From: Candidatus Poribacteria bacterium
GTDB taxonomy: Bacteria > Poribacteria > WGA-4E > WGA-3G
Assembly (NCBI GenBank): GCA_965205025.1
Contig: CBDBFU010000015.1
Location: 160,001 to 224,000, forward strand
Direction: 5' to 3'
DNA: 64,000 bases
In this document: piece after piece, positions 49,346 to 58,534 of the stretch
How positions within the stretch are numbered: position 1 is the stretch's first letter
How the letters are laid out: every line of letters starts with the position of its first letter
The notes under the pieces: generated by a model
Told to the model about the DNA's origin: nothing
Database searches by the model: none
The model's input: the letters and a program-made list of their open reading frames with translations, nothing else
Position numbers and translations under genes: made by a program

Positions 49346-51082
49346 TTACTCTTCAAAAACCTCTATGGTTGTTCTGCCTTCAGCGAAATTCATCGCGGTG
49401 GTAGCGGCAGATTTGTTATCCGTGTTAGAACGAATATCTGTAACATACCGAGCCAATCCAACCAACAGTTGTGCTTGTGCAGGATGTCCTTCTGCATTGT
49501 CCCACTCTTCAAATACTGTACGTAATGTTGGTAGCACTTCACTACCGGTGTCATCCCATAAGACAGAATGACCAATCGCTAAGAGCAGCTTCTCTGCTGA
49601 ATAACCAGCATTGAGATATCCAAGGACTTGAGATCCTACATCTTGAACATTGAGTGATTCAATTGTAGAAATAACTGTTTCAATACCCTCTTCTTGATTA
49701 GCAACATCCAACTTTTCTTGGCTTAACTCTTCACTAAGAAGTCTTGTGGGTATATTTATCCAACGATCTGCGAAGATTTGCCATGCAACATGGAAAAGAC
49801 CTTTCGCTGCCATAAGATCTCCACCCACTTCTTTAGCACTTCTTAAGGATGACGCAAGATTGAGTTCCATTGTTAAGTTCCACCACCCTGCATCCACATT
49901 CACCGGTGTGTTTGCCATTCTGTCAGCTGCCAGTAACACAAGTGTGGTAATTACTTTATCTAAGTAAACTCCATCACATATTATAGCTTGTACTTCCTCA
50001 AACGAACGCGGTAGATCGACACTTGTGAGTGCTTCAACAAAAGAATCTTCATCAAACTTATTCGTTCTCTCTAACGCAGCACCATCAATTGTCGGCATCA
50101 TTTCTTTCAGAATGTTAATGGCATCTCTACGATACCTTTCTGGATCTTCTGGACGATGTCCAACAAGGTCAGCACCGAGATAGAAGAACAGATCTGCTGT
50201 TCTATCCCATCCAAATTCATCTACTACTTCTGAAAGATAACTGACATAAAGGGGTATCTGTGGTTCGTCAATAAAATGTGGTTCAACTGCACATTCAAAA
50301 AGCAACGGACGTAATTTATTTGCATCACCTTTATGGTATGCGGTGAAGAGACATCTTTCAATCCGTCCTGCTTGTCCTTCAAACGAGAAAATACGTATCC
50401 AACGACTTAATTTTTCCCATGAAACTGGTTCAGGAAGAGGGATAACTTCAAGTCTTTGTCGTGCTTCTCCAGAAGCTGAACAGGCAGAGGTGGTTACAGC
50501 AATAAGTCTATCTTCTCCCTCATACCTACTTCCAACTCGAAGTCCGTTGATGAGTTTAGATACATCACCACCACCTTCAGAGCCGTGAGCAGAAGGAATG
50601 TGTCGTGCGACGTGTTCAAGTATCGATCCCATCACCTCTTCTTCAGGCACACCACCTTTTAATAGAAGGGCAATTGCTTTAGACATCGTCCACCGATCTT
50701 CACTTAACAAACCTTCACGGAGTAATTGTTTATGTTCTTCTGCTCTACGATAGGTCATATCTCCCGGTTCAATCCAGATTTCCTCACCACGTATTTCAAC
50801 TGGAAAAACACGGAGATCATCACATTCCACATGAAAACATCCACCACCTTCTAAGTCGAAACTGCGACGGTGCCAGTCACATGTCAAAATACCATTTCGA
50901 ATTGTACCTCGAGTTAGGGGATATCCCATGTGTGGACATTGGTTATCGGTTGCGAATATCTTCCCACCTTCATTAAAGAGGGCAATACTCCGTCCTTCTC
51001 CCATTTGAATTGCCTTCGGTTGTCCCTCTGGCACTTCACTCAACTCGGCAACTTTCACCCAACCGGGTGTACCATTTTGCAT
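49346..51082 (-). CDS. Rieske [2Fe-2S] domain protein with a large alpha-helical C-terminal domain
   Basis: DNQCPHMGYPL...CDWH; shares LxEGL, AADRMAxTPVN..GWW and VGLAR motifs with 45528..47267. Confidence 0.88.
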   Translation of the reverse strand: MQNGTPGWVKVAELSEVPEGQPKAIQMGEGRSIALFNEGGKIFATDNQCPHMGYPLTRGTIRNGILTCDWHRRSFDLEGGGCFHVECDDLRVFPVEIRGEEIWIEPGDMTYRRAEEHKQLLREGLLSEDRWTMSKAIALLLKGGVPEEEVMGSILEHVARHIPSAHGSEGGGDVSKLINGLRVGSRYEGEDRLIAVTTSACSASGEARQRLEVIPLPEPVSWEKLSRWIRIFSFEGQAGRIERCLFTAYHKGDANKLRPLLFECAVEPHFIDEPQIPLYVSYLSEVVDEFGWDRTADLFFYLGADLVGHRPEDPERYRRDAINILKEMMPTIDGAALERTNKFDEDSFVEALTSVDLPRSFEEVQAIICDGVYLDKVITTLVLLAADRMANTPVNVDAGWWNLTMELNLASSLRSAKEVGGDLMAAKGLFHVAWQIFADRWINIPTRLLSEELSQEKLDVANQEEGIETVISTIESLNVQDVGSQVLGYLNAGYSAEKLLLAIGHSVLWDDTGSEVLPTLRTVFEEWDNAEGHPAQAQLLVGLARYVTDIRSNTDNKSAATTAMNFAEGRTTIEVFEE

Positions 51083-51206
51083 AGTCTTATTCCTTTTTAT
51101 GTTATTATCCGTACTTTATAGTACACCTAAATAACGTTTATATTTGGTAAAACCAACATTTAACAACAGCAACATTAATTAAAACAAGTATTATACTATT
51201 AACAAT

Positions 51207-52442
51207 CTATACAGAAAACTGAAGTGTGTTAAACCTTCCAGCTACTTTCTCAACTTTGGGTTTTATCATCTCAGGTGAATTGCCTGAAAGTGCATGAACG
51301 ATACATTCAGCGATATCGGGGGCATCTTCAGGTGTCATTCCCCACCGCGTAACTTCTTGGACACCAAACCTTAATCCTGATGTTCCTATATCAGGTGTCA
51401 ACGGTGCAGCACCTGCGATGATATGACAATCCTCTAATTGATTTGCCAGTTCACTACCATCCCCATATTCATCGACAATTGGAATCAATGTATGCGACTC
51501 AGTATATCCGAGGTCTTCGCCTAACATTGGCACACCATGATCCGTTAATGCCTGCCCTAATGCCTTTGCGTTGGCAACTATTGCATCTGCATGTACTGAA
51601 CCGCATGCCATCCACTCTATAAACGTACCCGCCAAGGCAGGTAGACGGCTTAGATGGTGATTACTCATAAGCAATGGATATAGTGTCTTTCCAATTCGTT
51701 CTGCAATTGATTCATCATTTGTTAGGACGATTCCACCCTGTGGTCCTGCTAAGGTTTTATGCGTGCTGGAAATAATGACATCCGCACCTTCTTCAAATGG
51801 TGATTGAAATCTCTTTGCAGCGATAAATCCAATCACATGTGCAGCATCGTAGATAAGGTATGAATTTGGATTCGCTTTTTGCAATGCACGTTTCAGTTCA
51901 GCAACAGGTTGTGGAAATAGAAAAATCCCGGAACCGATGTTTAGAATTCTTGGTTTATGTTTCTCAATCAATGCAATGGTGGCTTCAAGATCAATGTTTG
52001 ATTTGGGACCATCCCACGGAATAGGAATTGATTGTAGTTCTACCTCAAGTGGTGATGACAAGAGTTTCAGGGCATAACGATGTCCGTTATGCACTTCTAA
52101 GGCAATATCTCCAGGTTCAGCTAATGCGAATGTAGTTGCAATCCCTGCAATGTTACCAGATAAAGGACGTAGATCAACATATGCAGCATCAAAAAGTTCC
52201 TTCGCTAATTCTTGTGTATACTCCTCTATTTTTGCAATATAACGATTACCCTTATAATTTCGTTGAAATAGGTCAATACCAGCATAATTCCCGTATCTGC
52301 GTGCTAATCTTTCGTCAAAGAGTTCTTCAACCAAAGGTGACGGTGTATTCTCTGATGCAATAAGGTTCAGACATGTTTCGCGGTATTGGTGGTGATCATT
52401 CAGGAGTGAATTAAGCTTATCAACTTTCTGAGTGGCATTCAT
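51207..52442 (-). CDS. Serine hydroxymethyltransferase-like PLP enzyme (divergent, archaeal-type signature)
   Basis: LNLIASEN, YDAAHV, SSTHKTLAGPQGG, SGLRFG.QEVTR. Confidence 0.82.
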   Translation of the reverse strand: MNATQKVDKLNSLLNDHHQYRETCLNLIASENTPSPLVEELFDERLARRYGNYAGIDLFQRNYKGNRYIAKIEEYTQELAKELFDAAYVDLRPLSGNIAGIATTFALAEPGDIALEVHNGHRYALKLLSSPLEVELQSIPIPWDGPKSNIDLEATIALIEKHKPRILNIGSGIFLFPQPVAELKRALQKANPNSYLIYDAAHVIGFIAAKRFQSPFEEGADVIISSTHKTLAGPQGGIVLTNDESIAERIGKTLYPLLMSNHHLSRLPALAGTFIEWMACGSVHADAIVANAKALGQALTDHGVPMLGEDLGYTESHTLIPIVDEYGDGSELANQLEDCHIIAGAAPLTPDIGTSGLRFGVQEVTRWGMTPEDAPDIAECIVHALSGNSPEMIKPKVEKVAGRFNTLQFSV

Positions 52443-52710
52443 TCAGAAGCATCTCCTAAGAAATGAATAGAAGTGGTTCGATTAATTGACAGTATACTAT
52501 TTTGGAAAGACAGGTTTATATTAGAGGAAAGCGACTAAAAAACCCGTATATGTTAACGAAATAATTAACGCTACATATTCATATATGGTTTCTTAATTTC
52601 AGAAACATTGAGGGTTAAGGATTCAGATTTGGAGAGAAATCTTTTGTATTATCTAAGGTAGGGATTAGATTAAATGGAAATTGTTGAAATTATTCTTAAA
52701 CAAGTATGAA

Positions 52711-53928
52711 TCATTCAACAGTATATGCATCAAGTAAGGTATCATCAATATCAACACCAAAACCTGGCGCATCGTTTAGAGTGAAAAACCCGTTGTGAGG
52801 AGTTGGTCGTAAACGGTTATAAAGTTCGTTTTCAATTCCATTACGTGAAGGACCGAAAGTTTCTGCCATACATGGCATCGGTAAACATGCGGTAAGATGT
52901 AACCCCCACGGTGTACCTGCTTGATGAAGCCATGTGGGAATACCGAGATTGGCTGCTTCTTGGGCAATACGTAGACATTCTGTAAATCCTCCTGCCCAAC
53001 TCACATCCGGTTGAATCATATCTGCAGCCTTCCATCGTAGAAGTTCACGAAAACCGTATCGTGTGAATTCATGTTCACCAGAAACAATCCAGGTTGATTC
53101 AATCTCCTCTACCAATTGTGCCATACCGGCATAGTCGTCAAGTGGTATCGGTTCTTCTATCCATTTTAAGTTAATATCGCTGACTGCATCTGCAAACCGC
53201 ATGGTATAACCAACATCCCAACGGAGATAAATATCTGCCATTAGTTCTACATTATTACCGATAACATCGCGTGCAGAATGCATCATCTCAAGGTTTTCAG
53301 CAAAACCCTCTTCACCCTCTTTCAATCCATTTTTCAATGGAATTTTGCATGCAGTGAATCCATTTTCTACATAATACCCAACATCTGTTCCGGTTGCATA
53401 CGCTGGAATTTGTAATTGTGGTGCATCTGTAAATAGACTATACACGGGTGCATCCAGAATCTTACCACACAGATCCACAAGGGCAAGTTCTATACCACTT
53501 AGTGCATAGATGACCAGTCCACGGCGACCATAAATTGATGTAATGTGGTAGAGATTGTCCCATATTTCTTCAATATCAAGTGGGTCGCGTCCAAGGACAA
53601 AGTGTTGAAGATGTTTATCAATTATCATTGCACCTGCAGCCCCACCACCACCGAGTCCATACCCCTTCAATCCGTTATCTGTGGTAATTTCAACAATTAA
53701 TGCACCTGCTTGTGTTGCGAATGGACCTCGCCAATCTACATGAACTATATTTCCTTTGGAATCTGAAGGGGTTTTTAATTGATCCGGTATCTGTTCTTTT
53801 GCAAAACCGAGAGACGGCATAGCGCGTGGGTTTAGATTCACATGCCATGTGCGGATACCAATAACCGTGTGTTGGGATATGGCATTATCTTCTAATTCGG
53901 TTGAGAAGAGGGACTTATTCATTGGCAC
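52711..53928 (-). CDS. Mandelate racemase/enolase superfamily acid-sugar dehydratase (L-rhamnonate dehydratase-like)
   Basis: IPAYATG, LMADIY, WIEEP, SGEHEFTRYGF, QPDVSWAGG. Confidence 0.88.
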   Translation of the reverse strand: MPMNKSLFSTELEDNAISQHTVIGIRTWHVNLNPRAMPSLGFAKEQIPDQLKTPSDSKGNIVHVDWRGPFATQAGALIVEITTDNGLKGYGLGGGGAAGAMIIDKHLQHFVLGRDPLDIEEIWDNLYHITSIYGRRGLVIYALSGIELALVDLCGKILDAPVYSLFTDAPQLQIPAYATGTDVGYYVENGFTACKIPLKNGLKEGEEGFAENLEMMHSARDVIGNNVELMADIYLRWDVGYTMRFADAVSDINLKWIEEPIPLDDYAGMAQLVEEIESTWIVSGEHEFTRYGFRELLRWKAADMIQPDVSWAGGFTECLRIAQEAANLGIPTWLHQAGTPWGLHLTACLPMPCMAETFGPSRNGIENELYNRLRPTPHNGFFTLNDAPGFGVDIDDTLLDAYTVE

Positions 53929-53970
53929 GGTAAGAATTGTTCAATTTGTAAATGAGGAAAATTGATATGT

Positions 53971-55257
53971 TTACAAATCAAATTTAACTGTTAATTTTGC
54001 AACCATCATTAAATCTCTTGTTGCTTGTTGCGTATCACCAAGTTCATCATATGCCATGGATCTTGCCATATATCCTTTTGGGTTTTCAGGATCTAATTCT
54101 ATTACTTTATTCAAGAACTTAATTGCCTCCTCGAAGAGTTCAAGAGACATTTCTGTTAAACCTTTATTATAATATGTCATTGGGTTTTTATCATCTAATT
54201 GTAAGGCTCTTTCAAAAGCTTGATTTGCCTCTTCGTGCATTCCAATTTCACTATGAGCCACACCTATTCCATTGAGGGCATCAATGTTATCAGGTTGAGA
54301 TTGTAAGACTTTCTCAAAATCAGGTAGTGCTGCTTCCCAATCAAACACCTTGTTTTTAGCGATTCCTCGCATAAGGAATGCATCAAGATTTTCTGGATTA
54401 TCTTGAATCATTTGATCTGCTGCTTTTATCTCCGCCATAATTTCTTCATTCTCAATATCTACTACACCCCCAAACCATCCTGCGTCATCATCCCCAAACC
54501 ATTCAGCGTCGTCATCATCAACCAAATCATCAAAGTATATTATTGGTTTACTTGAAGATTTCTGAGAGTCTAAGGCAGATATTTCCTCAACAGGATCTCC
54601 AACATATTCGATACCCTCCTGTTCAAGTGACTCAACATCATCCCTTAACATTGCCATTGCATAATTTCTTCTTTCCTGTACTCTATAATCATTAGGATTT
54701 AGTCGCAATGCCTCATCGTAGTCTTTTATCGCAATTTCATATTGTTCTAACTCCATGAATGCGTTGCCACGGTGAAAATATGAATCATGATTCTTTGGAT
54801 CAAGCTTTAATACTATATCATAATCTTCTATGGCCTCCTCATATCGTTCTAAATGGAATTTAGAAACTCCCCGAACAAAGTATCCTTGAAAAAGATCCGG
54901 ATTTAGGTTTATACCGATATTGCAATCTGAGATAGCATCTTCCTCTTCATCACATAGGAAATTTGCCCAACCCCGGCTGATGTAAGCTTGGGAGTTTTTA
55001 GGATCATAGTCAATAATGACAGTATAGTCAAGTATTGCATCTTCAGGTCTTTGTAACTGTATATATAATTCTGCTCGGTTCATATAAGCATCCGTGTAAT
55101 CTGGTTTAAGCTGGATTGCTTTTTCATAATTCTCAAAAGCAGCTTTTGGATTTCCTTCATTGGCTTTTGCCATCCCTTGACTATTGTAAAACTCTGGTTT
55201 ACCTTCAGGTTTCTTTTTGACTCTTCTCTTCCGTCTGTTTGCTGGTTTTTTTGCCAT
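53971..55257 (-). CDS. TPR repeat protein
   Basis: Two TPR blocks separated by an acidic linker; basic N-terminus. Confidence 0.9.
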   Translation of the reverse strand: MAKKPANRRKRRVKKKPEGKPEFYNSQGMAKANEGNPKAAFENYEKAIQLKPDYTDAYMNRAELYIQLQRPEDAILDYTVIIDYDPKNSQAYISRGWANFLCDEEEDAISDCNIGINLNPDLFQGYFVRGVSKFHLERYEEAIEDYDIVLKLDPKNHDSYFHRGNAFMELEQYEIAIKDYDEALRLNPNDYRVQERRNYAMAMLRDDVESLEQEGIEYVGDPVEEISALDSQKSSSKPIIYFDDLVDDDDAEWFGDDDAGWFGGVVDIENEEIMAEIKAADQMIQDNPENLDAFLMRGIAKNKVFDWEAALPDFEKVLQSQPDNIDALNGIGVAHSEIGMHEEANQAFERALQLDDKNPMTYYNKGLTEMSLELFEEAIKFLNKVIELDPENPKGYMARSMAYDELGDTQQATRDLMMVAKLTVKFDL

Positions 55258-55376
55258 AATAAACTCTTTATCAAATTTAGAATTGTTGCATAGAATTTAT
55301 GTGTGATTTACTATCATACCATTTTATGGTATTTTTTGCTATAATGATTTGGATTGTAATGAAAGGAGAACTTTGT

Positions 55377-55736
55377 GTGAAATCAGCAGTAAAAGAATGG
55401 CTTGATAATTGTATTGAAAAACACAAATCAGGTGAACTGACATCCGATGATCTATATGGTGTAGAAAATGCCTTAAGATCGGAAAAACAGATTATACTGT
55501 ATTTGTATTCTAAATCCACCAATCCGCGTTCACCTATTGGTGCATGGGCAATTTTTGATGCAACAGTTCCAGATGAACCCGTTCTACCATCCCAGGATGC
55601 CCCTTATGATTCAGTGCTTGATGCCGTCCGGGATGGATGGCGAATTGTGCATTTTCCACGACCTGAACTTTATACCTTTACAGATGTTGAAAATGCATAC
55701 CTCAGTTATGAATTTATCTTAGAGAAGATTGTTTGA
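55377..55736 (+). CDS. Conserved-looking hypothetical protein
   Basis: GTG start after AAGGAG (ORF track 55299); PYDSVLDAVRDGWRIV...YEFILEK; 12 bp upstream of the PhyH gene. Confidence 0.7.
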   Translation: MKSAVKEWLDNCIEKHKSGELTSDDLYGVENALRSEKQIILYLYSKSTNPRSPIGAWAIFDATVPDEPVLPSQDAPYDSVLDAVRDGWRIVHFPRPELYTFTDVENAYLSYEFILEKIV

Positions 55737-55748
55737 GGAGGATAACTT

Positions 55749-56540
55749 GTGATAAATGTTAAACCCACATTAGATGATAACCAAGTGATGGAATTTATTC
55801 ATAACGGTTATATCACCCTTGAGAGTATTGTTGACACCGATTTCAATATGGAGTGTCAATCCGTTCATGCAGGTCACATGACAGAATTTGTTCAATCTGA
55901 TGAATTCTTAAAGAATGTCCTTCTTCATCCGGAGGTTGCTGGGGTTGCGAGATCATTATTGGGTGAGAATTTTCTTGTACCGACGAGTGCACATCACCAC
56001 CTATTTGAAAACCCACATCGTGGACAGACATGGCATTCGGATGGTCTTACGGAATATGGATATGGCATTACACATCTTCAATGTTATTATTATCCGAAAG
56101 AGGTGACAATTGAAGATGGTCCAACGATGATTTTACCCGGTTCACATTTTCGACTTGTGGATCGGGAAGCGATTGCACATTACGGAGATATTTTGGGGCA
56201 ACTTTCTCTAACCGTACCTGCTGGAACTGTAGCAATGACACGGTACGGTATTTGGCATAAAGCGGGGCCGAAACTAAACGCTGATAGACGTGGTATGATT
56301 AAATTTTCTTATTTGAGAACAGAGATGCCAAAAAGGGATTGGGTGCGTGAATCCGATGATATTCCTTCCTATCAGCACAAAGGAAGACATCCTTACGTTA
56401 CTGAAGTAGAATCCTACAGAGATCGAAGAAAAGGTGAATTGACTTGGAATTGGTTATGCGGATTAACGGAAGTAGAAGAGACTATACCGCCTGTGAAGAT
56501 GTTTCATTCTGGTATCCCATTGTCAGAAATCCATCTGTAG
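55749..56540 (+). CDS. Phytanoyl-CoA dioxygenase (PhyH) family protein
   Basis: FIHNGY, WHSD, GPTMILPGSH, VPAGT...IWH, R; GAGGAG RBS. Confidence 0.9.
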   Translation: MINVKPTLDDNQVMEFIHNGYITLESIVDTDFNMECQSVHAGHMTEFVQSDEFLKNVLLHPEVAGVARSLLGENFLVPTSAHHHLFENPHRGQTWHSDGLTEYGYGITHLQCYYYPKEVTIEDGPTMILPGSHFRLVDREAIAHYGDILGQLSLTVPAGTVAMTRYGIWHKAGPKLNADRRGMIKFSYLRTEMPKRDWVRESDDIPSYQHKGRHPYVTEVESYRDRRKGELTWNWLCGLTEVEETIPPVKMFHSGIPLSEIHL

Positions 56541-56702
56541 ATGTCTTGATTATTTATACTATAGATAACGTGAGTTTGATAAATGTTTTTAGAAGTTCAT
56601 ATCTTTGACAATAGAATCTTTGACAATTGAAAGTCTTTTCATGTAGTTCTCTATGTTTGAGTGAAGGTTTCTTCTTCAGATTTGTATAAGCAATTGATGT
56701 TT

Positions 56703-56921
56703 GTTTCTATTCGAATTGGTACGATTAGGTATGGTTGTCAGCTTTCGGCTGTTAGTTGTCAGTAGGATTAATATTCGATATGAAGACAGATTGAACTGAA
56801 TCATTACATAAAGTATTCCAAACAATACTAGCATATAATGAAAATCAACCGAAAACTGAGTGCTGATGGCTGAAAACTGACGGCTATACCCGTTTCTATT
56901 CCAAATTGGTACTATTAAAAG
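56703..56921 (-). CRISPR. Orphan degenerate CRISPR remnant (two repeats)
   Basis: 30-bp GTTTCTATTCCAAATTGGTACTATTAAAAG (56892-56921; minus strand CTTTTAAT...GAAAC, type I-B-like) and degenerate GTTTCTATTCGAATTGGTACGATTA (56703-56727); no cas genes in the window. Confidence 0.55.
56728..56890. mobile_element. Stem-loop element between the CRISPR-like repeats
   Basis: Imperfect IR GGTATGGTTGTCAGCTTTCGGCTGTTAG versus the reverse complement GGTATAGCCGTCAGTTTTCAGCCATCAG; mismatches are mostly G-U compatible; arms are built of heptamer-like subrepeats. Confidence 0.6.
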
Positions 56922-57026
56922 AGTACTCTTTGAACTTTTCAATGTGTGCGTATTTTTAATTGACAGAATCTCTTGTCCGCGTCATTTGTATATTCCGACA
57001 TTCAGACAGAGGATGATATCTTCATA

Positions 57027-58424
57027 TCAAGAATTATCATCCATATCTATCTGTTTCAGGTTTATATCTCCGTTAATGGAACGTAATTTTACAATGGGAC
57101 CCCCGTCCTTTATTTGTCCCTGTAATTCGCCTACTTTAATCGTTCCATGTACAATAGCAGCCACTGGAAACTCAGTTGCAATCTTCCCATTGCTACTCTG
57201 TGCATCAATATTGACATCAATCTCTGGAATAAACTCTGCAGTAATTCCACCCCCTGTAGCATCTAATACAGAATCGTGTTGAGGTTGTCCAGTGTATCTG
57301 GCAATGATTTCACCTATAGTGGTTTTGGCAGTTATAGGTCCTTTATTCTCAACTTCAATTGTTCCATTGGTTGATTTGAGATTGACACCACCATTACAAT
57401 TGCTTAGTACGATATTCCCTTTATCCGTTTTTCCGTCAATATTTCCAGTAACATCAACACAATGAATATCCCCTTTAGAAGTCATCACATCAACAACGCC
57501 AGAATTATCAGATACCTCTATATTCCCGTGTGTAGATCGTAGATATACGTCTCCTTTACAACGATTCAACCCAACGCTGCCCTTTGATGTATGTCCAATG
57601 ATTGTGCCAGTGATGTTTTCAAACGAGAGATCCCCTTCAAGAGAGTTAGCATTGGTATTCCCGTCTACATCCTGTATTGAAATATCACCTTGACCTGTCT
57701 TTAGATTGACTCCAAAACATTGGGGTACCGTAATATCAAAGTGTATATCAAAACGTTTTGCCATTTTCTCCCAATATCTTTTGCTGCTCTTAAACTTCGC
57801 TTCAATATGTAGATTCTGGTCTTGTTCGTCAAAATCCACTTCAAGCTCATTTAGAATTTCAAGTATCCCCTTGTCGATTTTCAATTGAGCTGAACGACGT
57901 ACGACCACATCAATAACATTGGTTTGGGAAGTGTGTATATCAATGTTACCGAGATCCGTTTGAAGTATCAAATTCCCACCATCACTGACATTGAAAGTTC
58001 TTTTTATATCCTCCAACTTTGTTTGAACAAAGAATTCCGGCATTGATTTACGAATAAGAACATCTATGGATGCATTTTTCATATCTTCACTAGAATTTGG
58101 ATCTAATCTTTTACCAAGAAAATTGGCAAATATACTCTTCAAATCGGGGGATGTATCTACCCCCTCGCTAAGATAAGCAGCGAGATGATGACATGCAATA
58201 CTTATCTCAGAGAATGTAGCTTCATCTGGTAACGGATCAAAAAGATCGGTTGGAATTGCATCCATCTCATTTAGCCGTTCCAATACGTTATTAAATTGGG
58301 TGATACACCGTCGTTCTCCTTCTTTAAAGGATTGTGTTAACGTTGAATCTTCAGCAATTTCAGCTGTTTGTTCTACGATATGAAATAATCCACGAATTTC
58401 TTGTTGTTCCTGATTCATTCTCAC
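57027..58424 (-). CDS. DUF4097 beta-strand repeat protein with N-terminal helical domain
   Basis: Repeated xxTxxGxIxx units (KTGQGDISI, TSKGDI, STNGTI, RSINGDINL). Confidence 0.85.
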   Translation of the reverse strand: MRMNQEQQEIRGLFHIVEQTAEIAEDSTLTQSFKEGERRCITQFNNVLERLNEMDAIPTDLFDPLPDEATFSEISIACHHLAAYLSEGVDTSPDLKSIFANFLGKRLDPNSSEDMKNASIDVLIRKSMPEFFVQTKLEDIKRTFNVSDGGNLILQTDLGNIDIHTSQTNVIDVVVRRSAQLKIDKGILEILNELEVDFDEQDQNLHIEAKFKSSKRYWEKMAKRFDIHFDITVPQCFGVNLKTGQGDISIQDVDGNTNANSLEGDLSFENITGTIIGHTSKGSVGLNRCKGDVYLRSTHGNIEVSDNSGVVDVMTSKGDIHCVDVTGNIDGKTDKGNIVLSNCNGGVNLKSTNGTIEVENKGPITAKTTIGEIIARYTGQPQHDSVLDATGGGITAEFIPEIDVNIDAQSSNGKIATEFPVAAIVHGTIKVGELQGQIKDGGPIVKLRSINGDINLKQIDMDDNS

Positions 58425-58534
58425 ACCTCATCTATAATTATATGCTCAGGGAGAAAATCAGTGTAACCCTCTACATACAATTTCCTTTTCATCCAAATAG
58501 TTCTTGCATTTGTAATTCTTCAAGCATACAAGAC

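Noticed and set aside
56676-56942. 88-aa ORF over the CRISPR remnant
   Set aside because: It is a translation of repeat and stem-loop DNA (LLIVPIWNRN), not a plausible protein.
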